Of a stretch of DNA of 64,000 nt, positions 1 to 9,111 are shown piece by piece. The notes under the pieces are model-generated. The model did no database searches. It worked only from the letters and a program-made list of their open reading frames with translations, and had not been told where the DNA came from. Made by a program: the position numbers and the translations under genes. Location: contig CAVRHD010000002.1 of NCBI GenBank assembly GCA_963720965.1, positions 155,908-219,907 of the forward strand, in the 5' to 3' direction. How positions within the stretch are numbered: position 1 is the first letter of the stretch; each line of letters starts with the position of its first letter. Source of the DNA: an uncultured Chloroflexia bacterium. Lineage in GTDB: Bacteria > Chloroflexota > Limnocylindria > Limnocylindrales > CSP1-4.

Positions 1-487
1 CCGCGACGTCAAGTTCGGGGCAACGGCCCTGGCCGCGCTCCTCCACGATGTCATCGTCGTCGTCGGCACCTTCGCGATCCTGGGCACGTTCTTCCGGGTC
101 CAGATCGATGCCCTGTTCATCACCGCGATGCTGACCGTGATCGGGTTCAGCGTGCACGACACGATCGTCGTCTACGACCGGATCCGGGAGAACAAGGCAC
201 GCCACGCCGGGGAGCCATTCGAGCAGATCGTCAACCACTCGATCCTGCAGACGTTTGCCCGGTCGATCAATACCAGCCTGACCGTCATCCTGACCCTGTC
301 CGCCCTGCTCCTGTTCGGCGGCTCGGCTACCCAGTACTTCGTGCTGGCCCTCCTGATCGGGATCGTCTCGGGCACGTACTCCTCGATCTTCAACGCGAGC
401 CCGCTCCTGGTGGTCTGGCAGAACCGCGATGACAGGAAGCGTGGCCGCACGTCGACTGTCCGCCCCGCCCGCCGCCTGACATCCTGA
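1..487 (+). CDS. secF: protein-export membrane protein SecF, C-terminal part (5' end outside window)
   Basis: The frame of ORF 128..487 stays open back to base 2. The translation RDVKFGATALAALLHDVIVVVGTFAILGTFFRVQIDALFITAMLTVIGFSVHDTIVVYDRIRENK... is the conserved SecD/SecF C-terminal TM region. Stop at 487. Confidence 0.85.
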   Translation, partial: RDVKFGATALAALLHDVIVVVGTFAILGTFFRVQIDALFITAMLTVIGFSVHDTIVVYDRIRENKARHAGEPFEQIVNHSILQTFARSINTSLTVILTLSALLLFGGSATQYFVLALLIGIVSGTYSSIFNASPLLVVWQNRDDRKRGRTSTVRPARRLTS

Positions 488-610
488 GCCGTGGTCAGCC
501 AGGCCTACCTGACCGGCCGGCGGCCATCACGCGTCACGACTTCGTCGGGCGGAGCGTCCAGTGCAGACGTGGTGAAGCCTCGATGAAGCCCCGGCGCGCA
601 GGCTAGGCGC

Positions 611-2419
611 ATGCTCGAACCGCGTTTCGTCTGGCACCTGTCCGAACCAATCGCACCCGATCCGGCCGTCCTCGAGCGGACCGGCGAGCTGGGCGTGTCG
701 GAGCTGTTGCTGGGCATCCTGGCCGGCCGTGGCATCCAGACCGTCGCCGAAGTCGAGGCGTATCTCGGCCCGGCCGAGGCGGGCCTCCACGATCCGGCCG
801 GGTTGCCGGATGCCGAGCGCCTGCTGAGTCGGCTCATGGCGGCGCGGGACCGGAACGAGAGCGTCCTCGTCTTCGGCGACTTCGATGCCGACGGCCTGAC
901 CGGGCTGGCCATCCTCGTCCGCGCCCTGCGTCACTTTGGCCTGGCCAGCGAGCCGTACGTCCCGAGCCGGGTCGATGAGGGTCACGGATTGTCGAGCCGG
1001 GCGGTCAGCCGTGCGGCCGAGGCCGGCCATCGCCTGATCATGACCGTCGACACCGGTTCCTCGAGCGTGACCGAGGTCGACGAAGCCAACCGGCTGGGCA
1101 TCGATGTCCTCATCACGGACCATCACCGGGTGCCGGACCAGCCGCCCGCTGCCTACGCCCTGGTCAATCCGCACCGACCGGATTCGACCTATCCCGACGA
1201 TCGGCTGGCCGGCAGCGGGGTGGCCTTCAAGCTCGCCCAGCTCATCCTGGCCGATCTGCCCGGCGGCCCGGACGATGCACTCGGGCTGGCCGAGCTGGCT
1301 GCCATCGGGACGGTCGCCGATGTGGCCCCGATCCTGGGTGAGAACCGGACGATCGCGCGGCTCGGGCTGGCACGGCTTCGGACGTCGCCGCTGGTCGGGC
1401 TGGCCGCCTTGCTTGCCCGGGCCGGCCAGTCACCGGCCTCTGCCGATCTCGAGACCGTCTCGTTCGTCATTGCGCCCCGGCTCAATGCCGCCGGCCGCGT
1501 CGGCAGTGCGGCCGACGCAGCCGCCCTTCTCCTGACCGATGACCCGCTCGAGGCGACCGAGCTGGCCGATCGGCTCGAGGCCAACAACCTCGACCGCCGG
1601 GTCATGACCCGCAAGGCCGTCGTTGAGGCCAGTGCGGCGGTCGCTTCGGAGCCCGGCGACGGCGCGGCCACGATCGTCCTGGGGACCTGGCCCATCGGCG
1701 TGATCGGCCTCGTGGCGGCCCGCCTGGTCGAGGAGCGCGGCCGCCCGGCGGTGGTCGGTACCGAAGCCGACGGGGTGATCCGGGCATCCTGCCGGAGCGC
1801 CGGCGGGGTCGACCTGGCGGCCATCCTGACTGGCTGTGCCGACCTGCTCACGCGTCACGGTGGTCACCCCGGAGCGGCCGGCCTCGAGCTCCCGGCCGAA
1901 CACTGGGGCGCCTTTCGGGATCGCTTCCTGGCCCTTGCCGGGGCGGCGCTGGGGGAGCCCGGGATCGTCCGCCCCAGCCTCAGAGTCGAGCTCGTCCTGC
2001 CCGCAGCCGGCCTCGACTACACCTTGATCGGCGACCTTGCCCGACTGGCTCCAACCGGGCCGGGCAACCCTGACCCGCTGATCGTGGTGGCGGGCCTCAC
2101 GGTGACCCGCGTCCGGGCGGCCGCCGGCGGCCACACCCAGCTCACCCTGAAGCGACGGCTTGACGTTGTCGACGGGATCGCCTTTGGCTGGCCCGAGCTT
2201 GCCGAGCTCGTCCACGAGGGGGATCGCCTCGACGTCGTTGCCCGGCCGGTCATCCGCTCCTTCGGCGGCTACGAATCGCTCCAGCTCGAGATCCGGGACG
2301 CCGCCCCGGCTGGCTCGGTCGCCGACGTCGTCGCCCGTCTGGCGAGCGGACCCGGGCTGGGGCGGCTCGCCGCCCGTCCTGCAACGCCGCCCGAGCCGGT
2401 CCTGGGGACCGTGGGCTGA
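611..2419 (+). CDS. recJ: single-stranded-DNA-specific exonuclease RecJ
   Basis: 602 aa. DHH-family motifs are present: VLVFGDFDADGLTG, MTVDTGSS, VLITDHHRVP. Length and domain order are typical of RecJ. Confidence 0.9.
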   Translation: MLEPRFVWHLSEPIAPDPAVLERTGELGVSELLLGILAGRGIQTVAEVEAYLGPAEAGLHDPAGLPDAERLLSRLMAARDRNESVLVFGDFDADGLTGLAILVRALRHFGLASEPYVPSRVDEGHGLSSRAVSRAAEAGHRLIMTVDTGSSSVTEVDEANRLGIDVLITDHHRVPDQPPAAYALVNPHRPDSTYPDDRLAGSGVAFKLAQLILADLPGGPDDALGLAELAAIGTVADVAPILGENRTIARLGLARLRTSPLVGLAALLARAGQSPASADLETVSFVIAPRLNAAGRVGSAADAAALLLTDDPLEATELADRLEANNLDRRVMTRKAVVEASAAVASEPGDGAATIVLGTWPIGVIGLVAARLVEERGRPAVVGTEADGVIRASCRSAGGVDLAAILTGCADLLTRHGGHPGAAGLELPAEHWGAFRDRFLALAGAALGEPGIVRPSLRVELVLPAAGLDYTLIGDLARLAPTGPGNPDPLIVVAGLTVTRVRAAAGGHTQLTLKRRLDVVDGIAFGWPELAELVHEGDRLDVVARPVIRSFGGYESLQLEIRDAAPAGSVADVVARLASGPGLGRLAARPATPPEPVLGTVG

Positions 2420-3693
2420 TGGCCGAGCGTGGAACCGCATCAGGGCCGCGCCGCGGAGCTACCGATCCGTACGGCCTGATGCCCCGCACCGGCCTGCTGG
2501 CTCCCGTGCTGGCCGGGCTCGCCCTCGTCCTCGTGGCGGTCGTCACCGGGGCCCTGCTGGCTGGCTGGATCCCCGTCCCCGCGGCTTCGAAGTCGGCCGG
2601 GACGGGCGGCGGTGGCGGCGGAGGAGGACCTGTTCCGGTGAACGCCACGCCGGTCCCGTCGAATGTCGTCGAGACGGACCCGCGGGCGAACATTCCGGGC
2701 AGCCTCGTCTACGTCAAGGCGGGCAATGTCTGGATCCAGACGGCGGGCAAGGCCACCCAGCTGACGAAGAGCGGTGGCGCCTCCTCGCCGACCTGGTCGC
2801 CCGACGGGCAGTGGATCTACTACATCCAGACCAATGTCCAGGCGGGTGTCTTTCCGGAAGGCAACAGCGGTCCGAGCCGATACACGATGAACGTGCCGGT
2901 CCTGACCCGAATCTCGCCCGACGGCCAGACCAGCCAGACGCTGCTCAGTGGTGCCTATCGGAAGGGTCGCTACAACTGGTTCTACTGGTTGATCGACCCG
3001 GCCGTGTCACCGGACGGAAAGACGGTTGCCCTGTTCTCGGATGCCCCGGATCCGACCCGGAGCGATGTCGTCCTGCAGTTCTTCAACGTGGCAACCAAGA
3101 AGCTGTCCAAGCCGGCGATCGCCGAGAATCCGCCGTACGGCCATCAGGATGCCGCCTGGCGTCCGGACGGCGGACTGCTGCTGTACGTCCGGAACGGCCG
3201 TGACGGCCAGCGCGGCCTGCCCCAGATCTACACCTACAACCCGGTCACGAAGAAAGGCGGCCCGCTCGGCGCCCCGGGCTACATGCACCCATCGTGGTCA
3301 CCCGACGGTCGCTACGTCGCGGTCACGCGCCAGACCCCGGAGGGCACCGACGTCGCGATCCTCAACGCATCCACCGGCGCCGAGGTCGTGCGGCTCACCA
3401 ACGACGGTGACTCGTGGGCTCCGGTCTGGTCGCCGCGGGGTGACGCGATCGCCTACCTTCACATCTCGGGTCAGATCGTCGACCTGCGAATGATCGGGCT
3501 GACCGGGACAGGCCCGTCCTGGACGGTCAGCCAGCTACCCGACGTGACCCAGTACAGCGGCCTCGATGCCAGCTCGGGCGCGTCCTGGTACATCCCGCCG
3601 GACCAGCTCCCGGCAACGCCCCCGCCGAGCACCCCCAGCCCGTCACCAAGCTCGTCGCCAAACCGGCCTGGCCCATCGCCCAGCCCGTCCTGA
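2419..3693 (+). CDS. membrane-anchored TolB-like / WD40-like beta-propeller repeat protein
   Basis: The ATG overlaps the recJ stop (TGATG). There is an N-terminal TM helix (LLAPVLAGLALVLVAVVTGALLAG) and a Gly8 linker. Five TolB-type repeats follow (PTWSPDGQWIYY, VSPDGKTVALFSD, AAWRPDGGLLLYV, PSWSPDGRYVAVT, PVWSPRGDAIAYL), then a Pro/Ser-rich tail. Confidence 0.7.
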   Translation: MAERGTASGPRRGATDPYGLMPRTGLLAPVLAGLALVLVAVVTGALLAGWIPVPAASKSAGTGGGGGGGGPVPVNATPVPSNVVETDPRANIPGSLVYVKAGNVWIQTAGKATQLTKSGGASSPTWSPDGQWIYYIQTNVQAGVFPEGNSGPSRYTMNVPVLTRISPDGQTSQTLLSGAYRKGRYNWFYWLIDPAVSPDGKTVALFSDAPDPTRSDVVLQFFNVATKKLSKPAIAENPPYGHQDAAWRPDGGLLLYVRNGRDGQRGLPQIYTYNPVTKKGGPLGAPGYMHPSWSPDGRYVAVTRQTPEGTDVAILNASTGAEVVRLTNDGDSWAPVWSPRGDAIAYLHISGQIVDLRMIGLTGTGPSWTVSQLPDVTQYSGLDASSGASWYIPPDQLPATPPPSTPSPSPSSSPNRPGPSPSPS

Positions 3694-4599
3694 TGGTCAG
3701 CTACCTGGATCGTCTGGCGGCCCGAACGGCGGTCGTCGGCTCGGTCCTGTGCCTTGGCCTGGACCCCGACCCGGCGGCCCTGCCGGCAGGCTTTCCGCCG
3801 TCCGTCGCCGGAATTCGAGCGGTTCTGCCTGCTGCTGGTCGAGGCGGCCGGGCCGTACGCCGCGGCGATCAAGCCGAACCTCGCCTTCTTCGAGTCATTC
3901 GGCTCGGCCGGGATCGCCGCGCTCGAGCGGATCCGGGCGAAGGTCCCCGCCGACATCCCCGTCGTCGCCGACGCGAAACGGGGCGACATCGGCTCGACGG
4001 CACGGCGCCAGGCCGTCGCGATCTTCGACCTGCTCGGGGCCGACGCGGTGACCGCCAGTCCGTACGTCGGCGCCGAGGGCCTGGGTCCCTTCCTCGAGCG
4101 CGGCGACCGCTATACGTACGTCCTGTGCCGAACCTCCAACCCGGGCTCGGACGAGCTCCAGGGTCTCCAGTTGGCAGACCTCCCAGGCGACGCGACCAGC
4201 GCCGATCTGGCGGGGGAGCCGCTCTACGCACGGGTCGCCCGGCGAGTCGCGACGTGGGGACCGGGCGGGACGGTCGGCCTGGTCGTTGGCGCGACGGCGC
4301 CGCGCGAGCTGGCCCGGGTCCGGGCGATTGCACCGGGCCTCGGCTTCCTCGTGCCGGGCGTCGGCGCCCAGGGCGGGGACGTCGCCGCCGTGATGGTCTC
4401 CGGGCCATCGGCCGCGGCTCCGGCCGGTGGCCGGCCGGGCGGCGGGCTGCTGGTCAACGTGTCCCGGGCGATCGCGCTGGCAGCCTTCGACGAAGGGGAT
4501 GGACCGCCGGCCGGCCGGCCGCCCGATCCAGGCGAGCGGATCGCCCAGGCGGCCCGGAATTGGTCGACCACTTTGGCCGTGCAGGTGCTATCGTACTGA
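3693..4599 (+). pseudogene. pyrF: orotidine 5'-phosphate decarboxylase (type 2 PyrF), interrupted by a +1 frame break as assembled
   Basis: ORF 3754..4599 carries ...FERFCLLLVEAAGPYAAAIKPNLAFFESFG...VVADAKRGDIGSTA... The conserved N-terminus MVSYLDRLAARTAVVGSVLCLGLDPDPAALPAGF is in the other frame. It starts at ATG 3693, which overlaps the upstream stop (TGATG). Joining the two parts requires skipping one base within ~3775-3815. Confidence 0.8.
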
Positions 4600-4687
4600 C
4601 TGGATCTGATCCACAGGCGATGCTGGTCCGTATCGATCAACGTCGATCGGTCGTCGACTCCGGCCGTTGCAGCGAGGTCAATTGAAG

Positions 4688-5164
4688 ATGCCCAGCCTGT
4701 CCCCGATTCACCTGATCATCATCCTGGTGATCGCCCTGATCGTCATCGGCCCGGGCAAGCTGCCCGAGGTCGGGGCGGCCCTGGGCAAGAGCATCAAGGA
4801 GTTCCGCAAGGCAGCCAGCGACATCACCGACACGGCCCATGTCGACGCTGCCCCGGCGCCCAGCCAGCAGGCGTATGCGGCACCGGCTGCAGCGCCGGTC
4901 TACGCTCCGCCGGTCTACGGGGCTCCGGCCCAGGATGCCTCGATCGTGCCGGCAGCCGCCGTGGCCGCCGCCGCGCCGCTGGTCGCCCCAATCGTGGCCG
5001 CCGAAGCGGCGCCCGCCCCGATCGCGGCCGCCGAAGCAGCCCCGGCGCCGATCATCGCTGCCCCGCCTTCGATCATCGCCGCGCCGATGGCCGCAGCGAT
5101 GCCGGATGCTTCGGTCGCGCCCCAGGCCAGCACCGAGTCGACGAGCTCGCAGTCCGCTTCCTGA
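4688..5164 (+). CDS. tatA: twin-arginine translocase subunit TatA/E with a long Ala/Pro-rich tail
   Basis: [45 protein letters not shown] is the TatA TM helix plus amphipathic helix. The internal ATG at 4688 is preferred over the ORF-track start at 4667 (GAGG ~9 nt upstream). tatC follows directly. Confidence 0.85.
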   Translation: MPSLSPIHLIIILVIALIVIGPGKLPEVGAALGKSIKEFRKAASDITDTAHVDAAPAPSQQAYAAPAAAPVYAPPVYGAPAQDASIVPAAAVAAAAPLVAPIVAAEAAPAPIAAAEAAPAPIIAAPPSIIAAPMAAAMPDASVAPQASTESTSSQSAS

Positions 5165-5200
5165 CCGGCCGTCGGGGCACACAAGGACTGAGCCTGTCCG

Positions 5201-5965
5201 ATGGCCGATGAAATCCTGCCCGGTGGACCCCCGCCGGCCGTGACCGCCGTGGTCGCCTCGGCCCCGGCCGACCCAGGGGTGATGCCCCTTCTCGACCACC
5301 TCAACGAGCTCCGCAACCGGGTCTTCAAGTCGATCCTGGCGGTCCTCCTGGCCAGCGTCGTCGGCTGGTTCTCGGCGACGACCGTCCGCAACTACCTGCT
5401 CGACCAGCTGCCCGGCCACAAGGCCCAGGTGCTCGGCCCGGGCGATGCGTTCTTCATCCAGATCAAGATCTCCCTGACGATCGGGGTGATCCTGGCCATG
5501 CCCGTCCTGCTCTACCAGCTGTGGGCGTTCATCGCCCCCGGCCTGACTGCGGCAGAGCGGCGGACGATCCGGCCGTGGATCCCGCTGGCCCTGCTCCTGT
5601 TTGCGATCGGGGTCGGAATCGCCTTCCTGGTCCTGCCCTACGCCATCAACTTCCTGCTCGGCTTCACCGATAACCAGCTGGTCAACGGCATCGCGGCGAC
5701 GCCCTACTTCGACTTCGTGACCACGCTGTTCCTCGCCTTCGGGCTGATCATGGAATTCCCGATCGTGCTCTATGGCCTGGCCCTGGTCGGCATCATCAGC
5801 TCAGCCTGGATGTCCAAGAATCGAAGGATGCTGCTGCTCGGCATCGCCGCCTTCGCCTTCATCGTGACTCCCGGCGGCGACCTCGTAAGCCCATCGGTCC
5901 TGGCCGTCACGATGATCATCCTGACCGAGATCACACGCCTGGCGATCAAGCGCTCGGGTCGATGA
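5201..5965 (+). CDS. tatC: twin-arginine translocase subunit TatC
   Basis: 254 aa polytopic membrane protein. The LLDHLNELRNRVFKSILAVLLASVVGWF N-terminal signature is typical of TatC. It is adjacent to tatA. Confidence 0.9.
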   Translation: MADEILPGGPPPAVTAVVASAPADPGVMPLLDHLNELRNRVFKSILAVLLASVVGWFSATTVRNYLLDQLPGHKAQVLGPGDAFFIQIKISLTIGVILAMPVLLYQLWAFIAPGLTAAERRTIRPWIPLALLLFAIGVGIAFLVLPYAINFLLGFTDNQLVNGIAATPYFDFVTTLFLAFGLIMEFPIVLYGLALVGIISSAWMSKNRRMLLLGIAAFAFIVTPGGDLVSPSVLAVTMIILTEITRLAIKRSGR

Positions 5966-6858
5966 CCGATCCGGTGGCGCCTCCGCCCCCGGCGGACCAG
6001 CACATCGTGATCCTGAGCGGGCTGTCGGGAGCGGGCAAGACGGCGGCGACGAAGCTCTTCGAGGATCTCGGTTACACCTGCGTGGACAACCTGCCGGGGG
6101 AGCTGCTGCCCGGGCTGGCCGAGTTGGTCTCGGAGGACCGTGAGCGATTCGAGCGGGTGGCGATCGTCCTCGACGTGCGCGCCGGCGATGCATCGCTGGC
6201 CCTGGCCGCCGTCCGGGGCGCCCTCGAGGGCCGCGGGATCCAGCCCCAGGTCTTCTTCCTCGAGGCCCGCGACGAGGTCCTGATCCGGCGTTTCTCGGAG
6301 ACCCGCCACCGCCACCCGCTGGCGGATCAGCGCGGCATCGCCAGCTCGATCGCCGAGGAGCGGCGCGTGCTCGACCCGGTTCGGGACGAGGCCGATGTCG
6401 TGCTTGACACCTCGGACCTGTCGCTGCGCGAGCTGCGCGAGCGAATCTTCGCCCACCTCGGCGAGAAGCAGGCCATCGACCGCCTCGCGATCCAGCTGAT
6501 CAGCTTCGGGTTCAAGTACGGAGTGCCGCTCGAGGCCGACCTCGTGTTCGATGTCCGGTTCATGCAGAATCCGTACTACATCGAGGAGCTGCGCCAGCTG
6601 TCGGGCCTCACCGAGGCAGTTCGGACCTACGTCCTGGACCAGCCCGTGACCGAGCGCTTCCTGGCCTTCCTGCACGAGTTCCTGGCGTTTGCCATCCCGG
6701 CCTACGTCGGTGAAGGCAAGACCCGGCTTACGATCGGGATCGGCTGCACCGGCGGCTACCATCGCTCGATTGCGATCGCCGAAGCCCTGGCGGCCTGGCT
6801 CCGGGAGCAGGATTTCGGGGCGGTGTCGGTCTTCCACCGGGAGCTCGATCGGCAATGA
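5962..6858 (+). CDS. rapZ: RNase adapter / nucleotide-binding protein RapZ (YvcJ)
   Basis: Walker A motif VILSGLSGAGKTAATKLFEDLGYTCVDNLP. C-terminal CTGGYHRS motif. The start overlaps the tatC stop. Conserved rapZ-yvcK-whiA order. Confidence 0.9.
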   Translation: MTDPVAPPPPADQHIVILSGLSGAGKTAATKLFEDLGYTCVDNLPGELLPGLAELVSEDRERFERVAIVLDVRAGDASLALAAVRGALEGRGIQPQVFFLEARDEVLIRRFSETRHRHPLADQRGIASSIAEERRVLDPVRDEADVVLDTSDLSLRELRERIFAHLGEKQAIDRLAIQLISFGFKYGVPLEADLVFDVRFMQNPYYIEELRQLSGLTEAVRTYVLDQPVTERFLAFLHEFLAFAIPAYVGEGKTRLTIGIGCTGGYHRSIAIAEALAAWLREQDFGAVSVFHRELDRQ

Positions 6859-8198
6859 TCCGGCGTCGGCTTGCCGAGATCGTTGGCCTCCGGCGCTGGT
6901 TCGCCTCGGGGGTTGGAATCAAGCGCTGGCTCGTGGTCGTCTTCGTCGGCGAGCTCGGGCTTGCCCTGGGTGGCGCATTCGCCCTGCGCCAGATCTATCG
7001 GGACAGCAACATCGACGGGCCCGCCCAGGGCGTCCTGTTCCTCGTGACCCTCCAGTTCCTGCCGTACATCCTGCGCGGGGTCCTGCTCGCCTGCCTCGGA
7101 ATCGGGATCTTCGCCTACGGGTTCTACAAGGTCCTCCAGGTCCTGATGGGCCCGTACCGCTCGCGCGACGATGACCAGCCCCTGGTCGAAGTGATCTACC
7201 AGAAGCGATTCCTGGCCCGCGGACCGCGGATCGCGGCCCTCGGCGGAGGACACGGGCTGTCGACCCTGCTGCGCGGGCTGAAGGAACACACCAGCAACCT
7301 GACCGCGATCGTGACGGTCGCCGACGACGGCGGTTCCTCGGGCAAGCTTCGCGACCAGCTGGGCGTCCCGGCGGTCGGCGACATCCGCAACTGCCTCGTC
7401 GCCCTGGCCGACGCCGAACCGTTGATGAGCGAGCTGTTCCAGTACCGCTTTCCCGGGGAGGCCGGACCGACCAGCCTGGCCGGGCATGCGATCGGCAACC
7501 TCCTGATCGCGGCGATGACCGGCGTCGAGCAGGGTGACTTCGAGGAAGGCGTACGCCGGATGAACCGCGTCCTCGCCGTTCGCGGCCAGGTTGTCCCGAG
7601 CACCGCTACCCCGGTGATCCTGAACGCGATGCGCCGCGATGGCAGCCTGGTGGAGGGCCAGTCGCGGATCGGGCGGACGACCGACATCGAGCGGGTCTGG
7701 CTCAGCCCGGACGATGTCCGGGCATGCGACGACGCCCTGGCCGCGATCGCCGAGGCCGACCTCATCGTGATCGGCCCCGGCAGCCTGTTCACCAGCATCC
7801 TGCCGAGCCTGCTCCTGCCCGACATCCGGGCCGCCCTGGCCGCCTCGTCGGCGCTCCGCATCTATGTCTGCAACGTGGCCACCCAAACCGGCGAGACGGA
7901 GGGCTTCGACCTGGCCGACCACGTCGAGGCGCTCGAGCGCCATACGGCCGAGGGGATCGTCGACATCGTCCTGGCCAACAACCGGATCGCGCCGGCCGGT
8001 GCCGGGGGTAGCCGCGAATCGGTCCGCCTGCGCTGGCCCCCAGCCGGCGCGCGACCCGCCCGCCTCGTCCTCGATGACCTTGTCGATCCGGTCAGCCCAA
8101 TCCACCACGACCCCGAGCGGCTGGCCGCCGCGATCATCAGGATCGCCGAGCGCGAAGGTGCGGCCCGTCGGCGCAGCGGCGTCGCCCGGTCGGCCTGA
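6855..8198 (+). CDS. yvcK: YvcK/CofD-family (UPF0052, gluconeogenesis factor-like) protein with an N-terminal ~120 aa membrane domain
   Basis: IAALGGGHGLSTLLRGLKEHTSNLTAIVTVADDGGSSGKLR is the YvcK/CofD signature. It is preceded by hydrophobic segments WLVVVFVGELGLALGGAFAL and VLFLVTLQFLPYILRGVLLACLGIGIFAYGFY. The ATG overlaps the rapZ stop. Confidence 0.85.
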   Translation: MIRRRLAEIVGLRRWFASGVGIKRWLVVVFVGELGLALGGAFALRQIYRDSNIDGPAQGVLFLVTLQFLPYILRGVLLACLGIGIFAYGFYKVLQVLMGPYRSRDDDQPLVEVIYQKRFLARGPRIAALGGGHGLSTLLRGLKEHTSNLTAIVTVADDGGSSGKLRDQLGVPAVGDIRNCLVALADAEPLMSELFQYRFPGEAGPTSLAGHAIGNLLIAAMTGVEQGDFEEGVRRMNRVLAVRGQVVPSTATPVILNAMRRDGSLVEGQSRIGRTTDIERVWLSPDDVRACDDALAAIAEADLIVIGPGSLFTSILPSLLLPDIRAALAASSALRIYVCNVATQTGETEGFDLADHVEALERHTAEGIVDIVLANNRIAPAGAGGSRESVRLRWPPAGARPARLVLDDLVDPVSPIHHDPERLAAAIIRIAEREGAARRRSGVARSA

Positions 8199-8237
8199 GG
8201 GACGCGCTGTGCGGGCGGCCGCGCCGGGTTCCGGCTG

Positions 8238-9104
8238 ATGAGTACGTCGGATCGCGACCTCGTCGCCGGATTGCGGGCCGAGCTGGCGGCCATCGATCCC
8301 CAGCGCGCCTGCGACCGCCGAGCCGAATCGGCCGGTCTTGGCCCCGGCCTGATCACCCGTGAGCCGTCCATCGCGCGGCTGGCGGTGCGGCTGGGCCGGG
8401 ACACCGAGGGAGCTGCCCGGCCGGGCATCCGGCGCCGGGCGAAGCACGTCCGGCTGGCCGACGCCGGCGGCCCGGGCAGCGGCGGGGACGGCCCGGAATC
8501 GTCGGCTGAAGCCGGCTTCGACTGGTCGACCGCCGCCGACCACTGCCGGTGGGCCTGGCTGCGCGGCCGGTTCCTTGCCCGTGGCTCGCTCAGCCTATCG
8601 GCCGGCCGGGCCCACCTCGAGTTCGTGGTCGCCGTCGCCGAGGCGCCGGTCCTGGCCGGGCACCTGGCCGAGATGGGCCTGCCGGCGTCCTGGCGGATTC
8701 GACGCGATCGGGGAGTCGTCACGTGGAAGCGGGCCGAGACGATCGAGACGTTCCTGCGGCGGATCGGGGCGGGTCCGGCGATCCTCGAGCTGGAGGCACG
8801 CCAGGTGTCGCGAGCCGTGCGGGGCGAGCTGAACCGCGTGATCAACGCCGAGTCGGCCAACCTCCAGCGGTCCGTGCAAGCCGCCAGCCGGCAGGTCGCG
8901 GCGATCGACCGCCTCGAGGCGAATGGCCTCCTGGCCGAACAGCCGGCGGTCGTCCGGGTCACCGCGGCGGCTCGCCGCGCGACCCCCGAGGCGACCCTGG
9001 CCGAGCTTGGCCAGGTACTGGACCTGCATCGTTCGACCGTCCAGCGGGCGCTCGAGCGGATCGAACGGCTGGCCGCCAGTCAGGACGCACCGGCTCTGGC
9101 ATGA
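8238..9104 (+). CDS. whiA: DNA-binding protein WhiA
   Basis: 288 aa in the conserved position after rapZ-yvcK. C-terminal HTH region (LAELGQVLDLHRSTVQRALERIERLA). The N-terminal ...ELAAIDPQRACDRRAE pattern is typical of WhiA. Confidence 0.8.
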   Translation: MSTSDRDLVAGLRAELAAIDPQRACDRRAESAGLGPGLITREPSIARLAVRLGRDTEGAARPGIRRRAKHVRLADAGGPGSGGDGPESSAEAGFDWSTAADHCRWAWLRGRFLARGSLSLSAGRAHLEFVVAVAEAPVLAGHLAEMGLPASWRIRRDRGVVTWKRAETIETFLRRIGAGPAILELEARQVSRAVRGELNRVINAESANLQRSVQAASRQVAAIDRLEANGLLAEQPAVVRVTAAARRATPEATLAELGQVLDLHRSTVQRALERIERLAASQDAPALA

Positions 9105-9111
9105 TTCGGTG

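Noticed and set aside
8923-9111. N-terminal extensions implied by the ORF-track starts of tpiA (8923), gpmA (9492), fmt (39474), rpsF (25030), rpmB (44213), rpmF (51133), acpP (53255), ffh (59866) and the lipoprotein (21117)
   Set aside because: The extensions overlap the preceding gene or a divergent start. They are compositionally aberrant and push conserved N-terminal motifs far from residue 1. Internal starts with Shine-Dalgarno sequences or stop/start overlaps fit better.
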